IMG/VR virus record: IMGVR_UViG_3300045988_126429
Coordinates: 1 to 63,439 of that record
Strand: one strand, 5' to 3'
Origin: a virus
Length of the DNA stretch: 63,439 nucleotides
The notes beneath the pieces are model-generated. The model was given only the letters and a program-made list of their open reading frames with translations. It was not told where the DNA came from and did no database searches. The position numbers were made by a program, and so were the translations under genes. Every line of letters starts with the position of its first letter. Position 1 is the stretch's first letter. Shown here in pieces: positions 52,532-60,474 of this stretch.

Positions 52532-52594
52532 GGCACAGGGTTTGAACTGTCTGCCTGCCAGCTTTACAAGGGCTATCGCCCTTGTCATCAGCTT
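52532..52594 (-). ncRNA. intercistronic two-hairpin RNA element, copy B
   Basis: AAGCTGATG-ACAAGGGCgataGCCCTTGT-AAAGCTGGCAG-GCAgaCAGttcaaaccCTGTGCC, starting at the stop codon of 52595..52771. Confidence 0.5.
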
Positions 52595-52771
52595 TTATTT
52601 AGCTTCTTCGATTGCTTGCAGCATATTTGCAAGCTTTTCAACCTCATTCCATTTTCGTTGCGCTTTATTTCTAGCAACGCTGCTTTTAGGGAATTTTTCT
52701 GCAATTTTTTTAAGGTCGCACCAAACTAGCACTGCTTCACTTAATGCTGATTTTAATTCTTCTTGTGTCAT
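52595..52771 (-). CDS. 58-aa leader ORF after promoter cassette P4
   Basis: ATG 52771 after GAAAGGAAGTCG; MTQEELKSALSEAVLVWCDLKKIAEKFPKSSVARNKAQRKWNEVEKLANMLQAIEEAK*. Confidence 0.5.
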   Translation of the reverse strand: MTQEELKSALSEAVLVWCDLKKIAEKFPKSSVARNKAQRKWNEVEKLANMLQAIEEAK

Positions 52772-52819
52772 TGTTACGACTTCCTTTCTTGTAGGTTACT
52801 CTCTCTTCCCTACACTTAT

Positions 52820-52848
52820 ATTATACTATGAAACTCACCTTTTGTAAA
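52820..52848 (-). promoter_or_regulatory. promoter cassette P4
   Basis: Minus strand TTTACA (52848-52843), 17 nt, TATAAT (52825-52820); the -35 lies inside the inverted repeat aaactcacctttt/aaaaggtgagttt. Confidence 0.6.
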
Positions 52849-52877
52849 GATTTTTCTTTATAAAAGGTGAGTTTTTC

Positions 52878-53570
52878 TTATTGTTTTTCGATATTTTTTT
52901 CTTTGGCAAGACGAGCTGCCCTTCTGCGCTTTTTATCTTCCAGCAGGTTCACGCCATCTACGCCAAACAGCAAAGCGGTTAGCTGCTCGACAGCATCGTT
53001 TGTGTCACGCCATATCTGCCTTTCGCTCACTGACCATTTTTGCGCAAGACTTGCTACCATATCGGTAACATACGCTTCTGGCGGACAAGGTTTAAGGAAC
53101 AGCACGTCAAGCACATCTGCCCGGCGCAAATCTTCCTGCTTGCCGCTGTTATACCTGGTCTGCTTGTAAAGTGCTATCATGTCGTCCATGTAGTTTATCA
53201 GCACTTTTGTTCGCATTGTTGAGCTTATAATGCTTTCAAGTTTTAGCTCATTAGCTCCCATGCTTTTCAGGTTTTGGAACGAATCAAGAATTTCGATAGC
53301 CGAAATCTGTTCATCGTCGATATTGACAATCTCGCTAGTCTTTAACGCTGCGTGCTCCTGAAGGCTTCTGTAATTCTTTAGCAGCAAGCGCACGTTATAC
53401 AGTCGCTTATCGAAATCCCTCCGCTGTGCTTCTTTGCTGTACAAATCATCACACAACTTTTTAGATGTCTTTTTTGCGGTCTGTTCTGCCACACGTTCGA
53501 TAAGTTCTTCGAAATACGCCAGCGGAACGGTTATCGTGCTTTGATTTTCATTTACAGTCATATCTTCCAT
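52878..53570 (-). CDS. putative transcription regulator (C-terminal HTH / sigma region-4-like)
   Basis: 230 aa; LLLKNYRSLQEHA... and C-terminal WSVSERQIWRDTNDAVEQLTALLFG. Confidence 0.3.
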   Translation of the reverse strand: MEDMTVNENQSTITVPLAYFEELIERVAEQTAKKTSKKLCDDLYSKEAQRRDFDKRLYNVRLLLKNYRSLQEHAALKTSEIVNIDDEQISAIEILDSFQNLKSMGANELKLESIISSTMRTKVLINYMDDMIALYKQTRYNSGKQEDLRRADVLDVLFLKPCPPEAYVTDMVASLAQKWSVSERQIWRDTNDAVEQLTALLFGVDGVNLLEDKKRRRAARLAKEKNIEKQ

Positions 53571-53587
53571 GCGCTTACTCCCTTCTG

Positions 53588-53911
53588 TTATTTAAGTTCT
53601 TTGATAAGGCGGTCAAGATACCATCTTGCTTTTAGGCAATCTTCTACGCCGTTTTTTTCTTCGTAACGCCATAAATATTTGATGATGTTGGCAACGCAGA
53701 CAGCTTCAATGCCTGTTTTGCCAACTGTAGCAGCCTTTAGGGCATCTATACACTCAATACCGCCTTTGGTGTAGTGTTTCGGATGATTTACGTTATCCTC
53801 AGGGAGCGGCATTGTAAAGCTATCCTTTGAATTCTTCGGTGCTTCTTTGACAATAACGTATTTATCATCTTTTAATCCGATAAAACTAAATGGAGATTTA
53901 AACGCACTCAT
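53588..53911 (-). CDS. conserved phage protein (HPxHY...KY..R family)
   Basis: NHPKHYTKGGIECIDALKA...NIIKYLWRYEEKNGVEDCLKARWYL matches a widespread phage domain of unknown function. Confidence 0.65.
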   Translation of the reverse strand: MSAFKSPFSFIGLKDDKYVIVKEAPKNSKDSFTMPLPEDNVNHPKHYTKGGIECIDALKAATVGKTGIEAVCVANIIKYLWRYEEKNGVEDCLKARWYLDRLIKELK

Positions 53912-54090
53912 TATTTATGCTCCTTTATCCATTTTTCGTGTCTGGCAACTGCTCCAGCTGTAGGTGAAAGCGTTTCAAGATACATGGCTTTCAGTATTTT
54001 ACACTGCTGGATTTTCCATTCGCTAAAAGCATTACAAGTAGCGTGGCAGCCTATTTTTCTTTCTGTGCATCCTCTGCATGGTGTTTTCAT
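53911..54090 (-). CDS. 59-aa Cys-rich protein (below the ORF-track cutoff)
   Basis: ATG 54090 after GAGGTG; MKTPCRGCTERKIGCHATCNAFSEW...; its stop overlaps the next ATG (TAATG). Confidence 0.5.
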   Translation of the reverse strand: MKTPCRGCTERKIGCHATCNAFSEWKIQQCKILKAMYLETLSPTAGAVARHEKWIKEHK

Positions 54091-54099
54091 GTAGCACCT

Positions 54100-54465
54100 C
54101 TAAAATAATTCTTGTTGGTTGCTTATATCATTCGGTGTTTTAGTGGTAATGCCTGGATATGATCCTGCGAACTTTTTCATCCGGTAATCATAATACTTTC
54201 CGTCGGCAGCCATATAGTTTGCGTCAACTTCCTCAGGTGTCGGCATATAATATTGGGCTGGCAAAGGAATATTGGTACACAGCTCTTCAAGTCTGCTCTT
54301 TCCGTAAATTATATGATTCCTTACTAAATTCATGTTTTCGCCGTCAGGATAAAAAGGGTCTTGGCATCCATAGGTCCGGATATGTTCCCACCGCAAAAAA
54401 CTGTCTATAAGCATAGCTGTTTCTTCTTTAATTTGTTCTTCAATGCTTTTTTCTTTTTTTGGCAT
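54100..54465 (-). CDS. hypothetical protein
   Basis: Start MPKKEK after GGGAGTG. Confidence 0.5.
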   Translation of the reverse strand: MPKKEKSIEEQIKEETAMLIDSFLRWEHIRTYGCQDPFYPDGENMNLVRNHIIYGKSRLEELCTNIPLPAQYYMPTPEEVDANYMAADGKYYDYRMKKFAGSYPGITTKTPNDISNQQELF

Positions 54466-54477
54466 TTTACACACTCC

Positions 54478-54654
54478 CTACATTTCTTCTACTTCCGGGT
54501 CGTACAGCTCAAGAAGTTCTAAAAATTCTCCTTTGCTAGCTATCTTTATAGCTTCTTCAGGCGAAGAAGCTAACACTCTGTCGTGAAAATCAACCTCGCC
54601 CGAAATCAAACTGCGCCAGCTAATAAGATAAAGCTTAGCGTCCTGTTGAGCCAT
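54478..54654 (-). CDS. hypothetical small protein
   Basis: Start MAQQDAK; overlaps the dut 3' end. Confidence 0.4.
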   Translation of the reverse strand: MAQQDAKLYLISWRSLISGEVDFHDRVLASSPEEAIKIASKGEFLELLELYDPEVEEM

Positions 54655-55075
54655 AACCGCCACCACGAACAGCACTTGCTTCATCGTCCGAGGTTACGCA
54701 GTAACGCACGAAGATTCCCTGTGCACAGCGTTCACCTTCTCTGATGATGATAGTTTCTCTGCCGTTGTTTCTGAATTTAACACCTATATTGCCGTCATTG
54801 TCCTGGTTGTTGGCATAATCGCTATCAATAATGCCTACGCCGTTAACTAGCGACAAATTCAACTTAACCGCAAGACTGCTGCGGATGAACAGCATTAGGA
54901 CCATATCGCCAGGCATAATAGCTTTGATGTTCAGCGGAATAAGTACGCTTTCACCGCCAGCTGGAACAAAAATATCTGTCGGTGCGTAAAAATCATAGCC
55001 AGCAGAAAACTGTGTGCTACGTTGCGGAAGCTTCGTGTTTGCTGGTGCGTCAATCGTCGGTAAAAATTTAATCAT
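54635..55075 (-). CDS. dut: dUTP diphosphatase
   Basis: SAGYDFYAP, RSSLA, GIIDSDY and C-terminal RGGGYGSTG motifs. Confidence 0.9.
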   Translation of the reverse strand: MIKFLPTIDAPANTKLPQRSTQFSAGYDFYAPTDIFVPAGGESVLIPLNIKAIMPGDMVLMLFIRSSLAVKLNLSLVNGVGIIDSDYANNQDNDGNIGVKFRNNGRETIIIREGERCAQGIFVRYCVTSDDEASAVRGGGYGSTGR

Positions 55076-55258
55076 CTTAAAAACCTCCTAAAATATCTCT
55101 CCAGATTATAACCAGGATTCCAATAGTACCCATAATAGCAAAAATTTCCATACAAATACTTGCAACAAGATGTAAATATTTTAAATTACCACTCCCTGTT
55201 TAACATCCATAAAGCTACACACATAACAGCTACGTCAAGCAGTGTGCAACTGACAATA

Positions 55259-55576
55259 TCAACTAAGCATATTTCCATTGGTTGTACCTCTGGCAATCTC
55301 TGCTAACTTTGCTCTTTGTGCTTTTACTGCATCAAGCAGCGGCTTTTGAAAGCGGCAATCATCGTCTAAAGCGATTCTTCCGGTTTCCTCTAGTCTGCTT
55401 TGCATTAATTCAAAATTCCATTCAATGTCTCTTTCCATCTGCGTCAACATCCAATCTGGCATTTTATGGAGATTATCGAACAGCTCGTTTTGAATTTCAC
55501 GCAATGCCTGTGTGGGAATTCTATGCACGGCGTACCTAAACGCGAACAGCAGGACTATTAATTTTTCATCTTTCAT
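55259..55576 (-). CDS. hypothetical protein
   Basis: 105 aa; LLFAFRYAVHRIPTQA pattern common in phage early genes. Confidence 0.5.
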   Translation of the reverse strand: MKDEKLIVLLFAFRYAVHRIPTQALREIQNELFDNLHKMPDWMLTQMERDIEWNFELMQSRLEETGRIALDDDCRFQKPLLDAVKAQRAKLAEIARGTTNGNMLS

Positions 55577-55580
55577 TTTT

Positions 55581-55847
55581 TTACTCCTTATTGTAATGAA
55601 CTAATTTCGCCGCTTCTGTCATCATGCTCATTAATTCTTGCATAGCCATTTCTTCACCATATTTGCCACGCACACCTAATGCTGCCTGCGCCATCGTACC
55701 AATGATCAAGCTTTTAAGGATAATATAATTACCTGATGCACAAACAACATCATCGTTATTGCTGTCATTATAGGCAATTATAAAAGATGCTCCACATTCT
55801 TGTAGCAGTTCTTTCGCCTGTTCGGCTTTCTTGTAATTAATCATCAT
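55581..55847 (-). CDS. hypothetical protein
   Basis: Start MMINYKK overlapping the upstream stop (ATGATGA). Confidence 0.5.
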   Translation of the reverse strand: MMINYKKAEQAKELLQECGASFIIAYNDSNNDDVVCASGNYIILKSLIIGTMAQAALGVRGKYGEEMAMQELMSMMTEAAKLVHYNKE

Positions 55848-56260
55848 TTTTCCGTCTTTCTTATCCAAACGCCATTAGCTAACTTTTCCAAATCTATTTT
55901 CTCCCGGCAATGCGGACAAATCGGCATCATATCATTCTTTCGTCCCATATGTTCCTGTAGCATCTTTAGCACACGTTTATATGGTCGAAACTTCGTGCCA
56001 ATCTCATAGCACCTCAACGTCTGTTTCCTAGCTCTGTCATAGTCCTTTGCTATTGCTTGCCAATCGTTACACATCAGCTCCAGTACAACGATAGGTTCAA
56101 CCATGTTGCCACAGTGATTGCAGAAGCAGATTTTGGTGTCCGGGTCGACTGTAAAACTGATAGGCTTTTTACTGCCACCATAGATGTCTGTTTCTTTATA
56201 GCAATGGCAAGTATTTCTGCCCTGCTCACGCTTAATTGGTGAAAACTTTAATATTTTCAT
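55844..56260 (-). CDS. zinc-finger protein
   Basis: CFCNHCG...CPHC; start MKILKF. Confidence 0.5.
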   Translation of the reverse strand: MKILKFSPIKREQGRNTCHCYKETDIYGGSKKPISFTVDPDTKICFCNHCGNMVEPIVVLELMCNDWQAIAKDYDRARKQTLRCYEIGTKFRPYKRVLKMLQEHMGRKNDMMPICPHCREKIDLEKLANGVWIRKTEK

Positions 56261-56424
56261 TTTTCCTGCTCTTTCCAGTATACAATTTCTCGCCCACAAT
56301 AAGGACAATAGCCGTATTCTTCATAACGGTCAATAAATTCAGCATTACACTCGTTGCACCTGTATTCTGACACTAATTCATCACATACAAAACGTTGCAA
56401 CCGTATTACTGTTGTTTTTTCCAT
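56257..56424 (-). CDS. zinc-ribbon protein
   Basis: Start MEKTTV after AAAGGAGTGA; CNECNAEF...CPYCG. Confidence 0.5.
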   Translation of the reverse strand: MEKTTVIRLQRFVCDELVSEYRCNECNAEFIDRYEEYGYCPYCGREIVYWKEQEK

Positions 56425-56524
56425 GTTCTTTATCACTCCTTTATAAAAAAGCGGCGGCGTGAGAATTCTCAGCAATGCCTACTGCCATTCGGCAACCCAG
56501 CCGCCGCACCCTAGGGCTAGTTAT

Positions 56525-56728
56525 TTATTTTTTGCTGTTGATAGTTGCAGCCAAGTAATCGAGAATTCGCAAGGCCTCATCCTTAGTATCGTAAGTGCCA
56601 TAGACACATTTCTCTCTGTCTGTATACACGCAAACATCCCACTGTTTCTTGATGCCTCTTTGATGTAATTTAACCGCATTTATTTTCTTTGCTTTAATCC
56701 ATTGCGTTTCGCCAATCTTAATCAGCAT
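56525..56728 (-). CDS. hypothetical protein
   Basis: 67-aa ORF, AAGGAGTGA RBS. Confidence 0.5.
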   Translation of the reverse strand: MLIKIGETQWIKAKKINAVKLHQRGIKKQWDVCVYTDREKCVYGTYDTKDEALRILDYLAATINSKK

Positions 56729-56739
56729 TTTTTCACTCC

Positions 56740-56967
56740 TTACTGTCTACGATTTTTCGGCCATTTTTTGACGGCTTCCGGGTGCTTTGCTTTCATTCTT
56801 TGCACAAACAATTTTTTTAAACTGAACCACGCATATCTATTTCTTCTAAAAACAACATTTACGGCACGTCTAATCATTACTAATCGTGGCAAGAATTCAC
56901 TTCCGGGCGGTTTCAAATGTTTGTAGTCGTTTAGCTTATTGCCAATGGTTCTTTTCATAATTTTCAC
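56740..56967 (-). CDS. small basic protein
   Basis: 75 aa, GAGGTGA RBS; preceded by conserved leader copy 1. Confidence 0.45.
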   Translation of the reverse strand: MKIMKRTIGNKLNDYKHLKPPGSEFLPRLVMIRRAVNVVFRRNRYAWFSLKKLFVQRMKAKHPEAVKKWPKNRRQ

Positions 56968-57030
56968 CTCAACTTTTTCAAGGGACTTTTTGCCCCAACC
57001 TACAACTTTTTCAAGGAAGTTTTACGCAAA
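56965..57030 (-). repeat. conserved ~65-nt leader, copy 1 (two TCC(C)TTGAAAAAG boxes)
   Basis: Minus strand aacTTCCTTGAAAAAGttgtaggttGGGGCAAAAAGTCCCTTGAAAAAGttGAGGTGAA; about 85% identical to 57697..57765. Confidence 0.7.
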
Positions 57031-57359
57031 ACCCTATCTTCCAAGCAAACCAATTCCGCCCCACATTTTCCACAATAGGCTTTATCGTCATTATATGTCG
57101 GCAAATCGTTATCATCACTGTTAATTACTCCGCAATTAGGACATTCCAGCCCCCACCCGGCAGCAAGTAATGCAACCGCTGAAATATCCTTATCATGGTA
57201 TGCGTCAAGCTCTGGCTCGCGCCATACTTTAATATCCTCGGTTTCATCAGCGTTCCAGCCTTCAGCAACGGCTACCATAGATTTCGCTTCTTCTGAATTG
57301 TCAGCAAAAACGATGTAGTTGTAAAAGTTTATGTAATTTTCGTAGCTATATGCCTTCAT
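57000..57359 (-). CDS. zinc-ribbon protein, paralogue of 57356..57688
   Basis: DIKVWREPELDAY...GWGLECPNCG...YCGKCG, versus DIRVWRMPWADKY...GWHFTCNTCG...CCKKC in the neighbour. Confidence 0.55.
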   Translation of the reverse strand: MKAYSYENYINFYNYIVFADNSEEAKSMVAVAEGWNADETEDIKVWREPELDAYHDKDISAVALLAAGWGLECPNCGVINSDDNDLPTYNDDKAYCGKCGAELVCLEDRVLRKTSLKKL

Positions 57360-57688
57360 TTTCCTTTCTCCCACTCATCAAAACACTTCTTGCAACAGAA
57401 CCCTTCATTGTTGATGTAAAAATTTGTCGCATCTTCTATTATTGCACCACAGGTATTGCAAGTGAAATGCCAGCCGTGGTCTAACCATTCCTTAACAGGG
57501 ATTTTGTCAACGCTCTCGTATTTGTCTGCCCAAGGCATACGCCAGACTCTGATGTCCTTATAATTTATGCCGTTCATCATGCTGAAATCTTGTTTAGCCT
57601 TTCCTGCTGTTTCAGCAAATGTTATTTCTTCCGATATATCATCAATATCGTAGTCTGCGGCGTTCGCAAAAACATATGCTTTATTCAT
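57356..57688 (-). CDS. zinc-ribbon protein, paralogue of 57000..57359
   Basis: 110 aa, AAGGAGGTGA RBS. Confidence 0.55.
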   Translation of the reverse strand: MNKAYVFANAADYDIDDISEEITFAETAGKAKQDFSMMNGINYKDIRVWRMPWADKYESVDKIPVKEWLDHGWHFTCNTCGAIIEDATNFYINNEGFCCKKCFDEWEKGK

Positions 57689-57696
57689 GCATTTTC

Positions 57697-57765
57697 ACCT
57701 CCTTAAATTTTCAAGGGAGTTTTTGTCCCCACGTGCAGCTTTTTCAAAGGACTTTGAGCTGTTGC
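57697..57765 (-). repeat. conserved ~65-nt leader, copy 2
   Basis: Minus strand aaaGTCCTTTGAAAAAGctgcacgtGGGGACAAAAACTCCCTTGAAAAtttaAGGAGGTGAA. Confidence 0.7.
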
Positions 57766-57781
57766 GTTTTTTGCAACAACT

Positions 57782-57825
57782 TTTACACGAGAAAATTGCA
57801 ACATGTTGCAATTTTCTCGTGTAAA
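57782..57825. repeat. perfect 44-bp palindrome (22-bp arms)
   Basis: TTTACACGAGAAAATTGCAACA|TGTTGCAATTTTCTCGTGTAAA, starting 4 nt after the stop of 57829..58002. Confidence 0.95.
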
Positions 57826-57828
57826 GCT

Positions 57829-58002
57829 CTATTCAGTGCATTTAATCAGTATATCGCTGCTATTATCACGCACTTTCAACAACCATACATCGTCAAGCCA
57901 TGTTTCTGATACATCACCATCTTCATCGTAGCACTCGATGTTGATTTCATAGTCGACGCATTCATTAGCTTTCGCCCATTGATACAGCTCTTTAATCGTC
58001 AT
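57829..58002 (-). CDS. 57-aa protein, member of the MT(I/V)(K/E)E(L/F)Y-WA paralogue family
   Basis: ATG 58002 after GGAGGGAAAAC; MTIKELYQWAKANECVDYEINIECYDEDGD...; below the ORF-track cutoff. Confidence 0.55.
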   Translation of the reverse strand: MTIKELYQWAKANECVDYEINIECYDEDGDVSETWLDDVWLLKVRDNSSDILIKCTE

Positions 58003-58528
58003 TGTTTTCCCTCCTTCTTACCCACTTTTTGGCAAACAACCGGATATAATGTAAATACCTGCTATCAGTCAACGGCTCAACGCTTTTACGTTGTGGTGCT
58101 TTTTTAATCACCTTGAATTCATTGCTTTCGACGATTAATCCAGCATCTTTTTCCTTGCATACACGCAAGACTTCTTCTTTGTGTTTAGCGTAAAGCTCCA
58201 TCGGCATACAATAGTAGAAACCTCTTACATCCGGAAAGTTGTGATATAAGGTTTTCTGTTGGTCTGCTCTGAAATCAGCAATACTCAGCTTTATCTCGAC
58301 TTCGTATAGATATCTGCCTTGAGTGATATACAGGAAATCCGCCTCGTATTCAAAACTGCAATATACTTCACGTCCATCTTGCATGATTTTTGAAAATACC
58401 CATTCACCATCCGCTTTGTATTGCGACATTATAATGTTTGGACCGCAATCAAGCCCTCTCTCGATGCCGTAGTGCCGCCCTAAGCGCAAACAAAGACTAT
58501 CTTCTGTATGTTTATCGCCATAATTCAT
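57992..58528 (-). CDS. putative PD-(D/E)xK nuclease-fold protein
   Basis: 178 aa; ...EADFLYI...YLYEVEIKLSIADFRAD resembles a D...ExK motif. Confidence 0.4.
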   Translation of the reverse strand: MNYGDKHTEDSLCLRLGRHYGIERGLDCGPNIIMSQYKADGEWVFSKIMQDGREVYCSFEYEADFLYITQGRYLYEVEIKLSIADFRADQQKTLYHNFPDVRGFYYCMPMELYAKHKEEVLRVCKEKDAGLIVESNEFKVIKKAPQRKSVEPLTDSRYLHYIRLFAKKWVRRRENNDD

Positions 58529-58538
58529 TTAAAGCCTC

Positions 58539-59174
58539 CTACAGCTTATACTCCACTCCAAATTCGGCAGCCACCTTAGGCAATGCAGCTTCTGCTTCTT
58601 CCTGGGTACGGTATACCCAGCCTTTGGCTAATAAAGCTAAGTCAAACGGATGATTCGACCATTGTTGCTGCCAAGCGCACCATTCCCCGAGGAACCTGCA
58701 GAATGAGTAATAGGTTTCTCCGACTTTCGGTTCCCATTGCTCTACGGTTTCGGTGTAACTGGTCGGTAATTCGTACTCCGCTCCTATTTCTTTTGCCACA
58801 GCAGGCAAGGCTGCTTGCGCTTCTGCGCACGTGCGGTAAACCCAGCCTTTTTCAAGCAAGCCATACTCATTCGGAAAGCCGCCCCAGTGCAACGAGCCTA
58901 CACCCCATTTGTCGCCCATGAGTACAAAGGTAAAATAAACATCGCCTTTCTTCGGCTTCCACGGTAATTTGACAATTTCGTCTTTGCCATTCAGTAAAGC
59001 AACAAACGCTACCTTAGCAGCTAAATCGGATAGTTCTATATTATTGTCATAAGTTAATTGTAATCTGTCGCTAGCAAATCTATACGTCAACTCCTCATGT
59101 CCTTTAATTTTAAATTCTTCGCCCAGCTCCACGCCGAGCATCTTTGCAATTTCCTGGATTAAATTTTTAGTCAT
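58539..59174 (-). CDS. hypothetical protein with an internal duplicated module
   Basis: Start MTKNLI after GGAGGAAAAA; repeats LLEKGWVYRTCAEAQAALPAVAKEIGAEYEL and LLAKGWVYRTQEEAEAALPKVAAEFGVEYKL. Confidence 0.55.
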   Translation of the reverse strand: MTKNLIQEIAKMLGVELGEEFKIKGHEELTYRFASDRLQLTYDNNIELSDLAAKVAFVALLNGKDEIVKLPWKPKKGDVYFTFVLMGDKWGVGSLHWGGFPNEYGLLEKGWVYRTCAEAQAALPAVAKEIGAEYELPTSYTETVEQWEPKVGETYYSFCRFLGEWCAWQQQWSNHPFDLALLAKGWVYRTQEEAEAALPKVAAEFGVEYKL

Positions 59175-59343
59175 TATTTTTCCTCCGTTTCTTTTTACAT
59201 TCGCAACATCTATTGCATCCATCACAAAAAAAGCCTATATATACAAGATACGCAAAAAGCGGCGTAACAATTAGACCAAGGATAGTGAATATTTCGTCGT
59301 CGGTTCCAGCGGTCAATAATAATTCTGCCATGTTATCACTCCT

Positions 59344-59508
59344 TTATTTCCGAATAACCACCGCTGTGGTGCTACTGTCTAATTTGGCGATTGCCAAATT
59401 GCTTTCTACAACCAACTCGTTGAAAAGCTCATTCCATGTATCTACGTGCAATGTCATATCTTCTGCGTTTCGTTCTTTTGCCCATTCGTAAAGTTCTTTG
59501 ACGGTCAT
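59344..59508 (-). CDS. 54-aa paralogue family member
   Basis: MTVKELYEWAKERNAEDMTLHVDTW... Confidence 0.5.
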   Translation of the reverse strand: MTVKELYEWAKERNAEDMTLHVDTWNELFNELVVESNLAIAKLDSSTTAVVIRK

Positions 59509-59714
59509 GGTTTTCTCTCCTTCTTCATTTTTTCTTGGCATTTAGGGCAATAGGCTTTATAGCCTAATTGTTTATCCTTAATAAATTTCCAATCTGTTTG
59601 TGCTTCGATTATAGATTTTTCGGACGGCAAGTCTCGTCTGCGCATAACTCCTGTCGGTTCAAAGAAATCACCACACCCATCGCAAAAAAGCGTTAGCTCG
59701 TATTGAAAACTCAT
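59505..59714 (-). CDS. zinc-ribbon protein
   Basis: CDGCG...CPKC. Confidence 0.5.
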   Translation of the reverse strand: MSFQYELTLFCDGCGDFFEPTGVMRRRDLPSEKSIIEAQTDWKFIKDKQLGYKAYCPKCQEKMKKERKP

Positions 59715-60082
59715 TGCTCTTCCTCCTTTATGGCCTTACTTGCCTTTGCTATTTTCTCAATTAGTGCATCTACGGCTTTATCCGCAAATTCACCTGTAGC
59801 CTTGATGTTTGCTGGTGTTATATGTTCTGCAGCATACATAGCGTATATTTCTTTTTCTGTCGGGAGAAATACTCCCAAAATATCTAAAAGCAAAGCTGTA
59901 CAAACAAGTATTTTAACTGCCTTAACGGATTCTTTATTCTTATTAACATCTGTCATGACTGCTATTGTAGCAATCACGGTATATATAGTTACAATAAAAC
60001 CTACTATAAGGCAAAACCCTTGTATAAAGTCTATTCTTCCTGCCCAGTAAATCAACCACGGCGAAACAATCGGTTCGTTCAT
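59711..60082 (-). CDS. membrane protein
   Basis: Start MNEPIV after GGGAGGAGGAAG; TMs FIQGFCLIVGFIVTIYTVIATIAVM and ILVCTALLLDILGVFL. Confidence 0.55.
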   Translation of the reverse strand: MNEPIVSPWLIYWAGRIDFIQGFCLIVGFIVTIYTVIATIAVMTDVNKNKESVKAVKILVCTALLLDILGVFLPTEKEIYAMYAAEHITPANIKATGEFADKAVDALIEKIAKASKAIKEEEQ

Positions 60083-60102
60083 TACTCTTCCTCCTCCCTT
60101 TA

Positions 60103-60474
60103 TCAGCGACAATCCCATGTTTCGAGATATGCCCATTCACGTTCCATATCGTATTCTATTTGTTTATCATCATAGATTTCTTTTCGTGTGGGCAAATATC
60201 CATACTCCGCTATTGCCTGCTTTACTACTTCACGAGCTTCCATTTTATCAAGTAGCATACAATATTTTGCAAGCATTCTTCGTCTCGGCTTCGCCCCTAA
60301 CCTAGCTAAAAACTCGTCAGTCCAATCATTTTGATGATAATACCATGAAAACTTTTGTCGGCAAGGTACTTTCCGCTTTGCACAGCTATGCTTACATTTT
60401 CTGCACGATTTATACGTTACAAATTCTTTGTACTCTGCGGCGCTATCGCATAGACACCTTTTTAATCTACTCAT
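60103..60474 (-). CDS. Cys-rich hypothetical protein
   Basis: Start MSRLKR overlapping the upstream stop; CRKCKHSCAKRKVPC. Confidence 0.45.
   Translation of the reverse strand: MSRLKRCLCDSAAEYKEFVTYKSCRKCKHSCAKRKVPCRQKFSWYYHQNDWTDEFLARLGAKPRRRMLAKYCMLLDKMEAREVVKQAIAEYGYLPTRKEIYDDKQIEYDMEREWAYLETWDCR

Noticed and set aside
45456-52865. Repeated ~110-nt cassettes considered as a CRISPR-like or other tandem array
   Set aside because: The copies are 3-4 kb apart, contain clear -35/-10 hexamers and an RBS, and are separated by ordinary genes. There is no repeat-spacer periodicity anywhere in the window.
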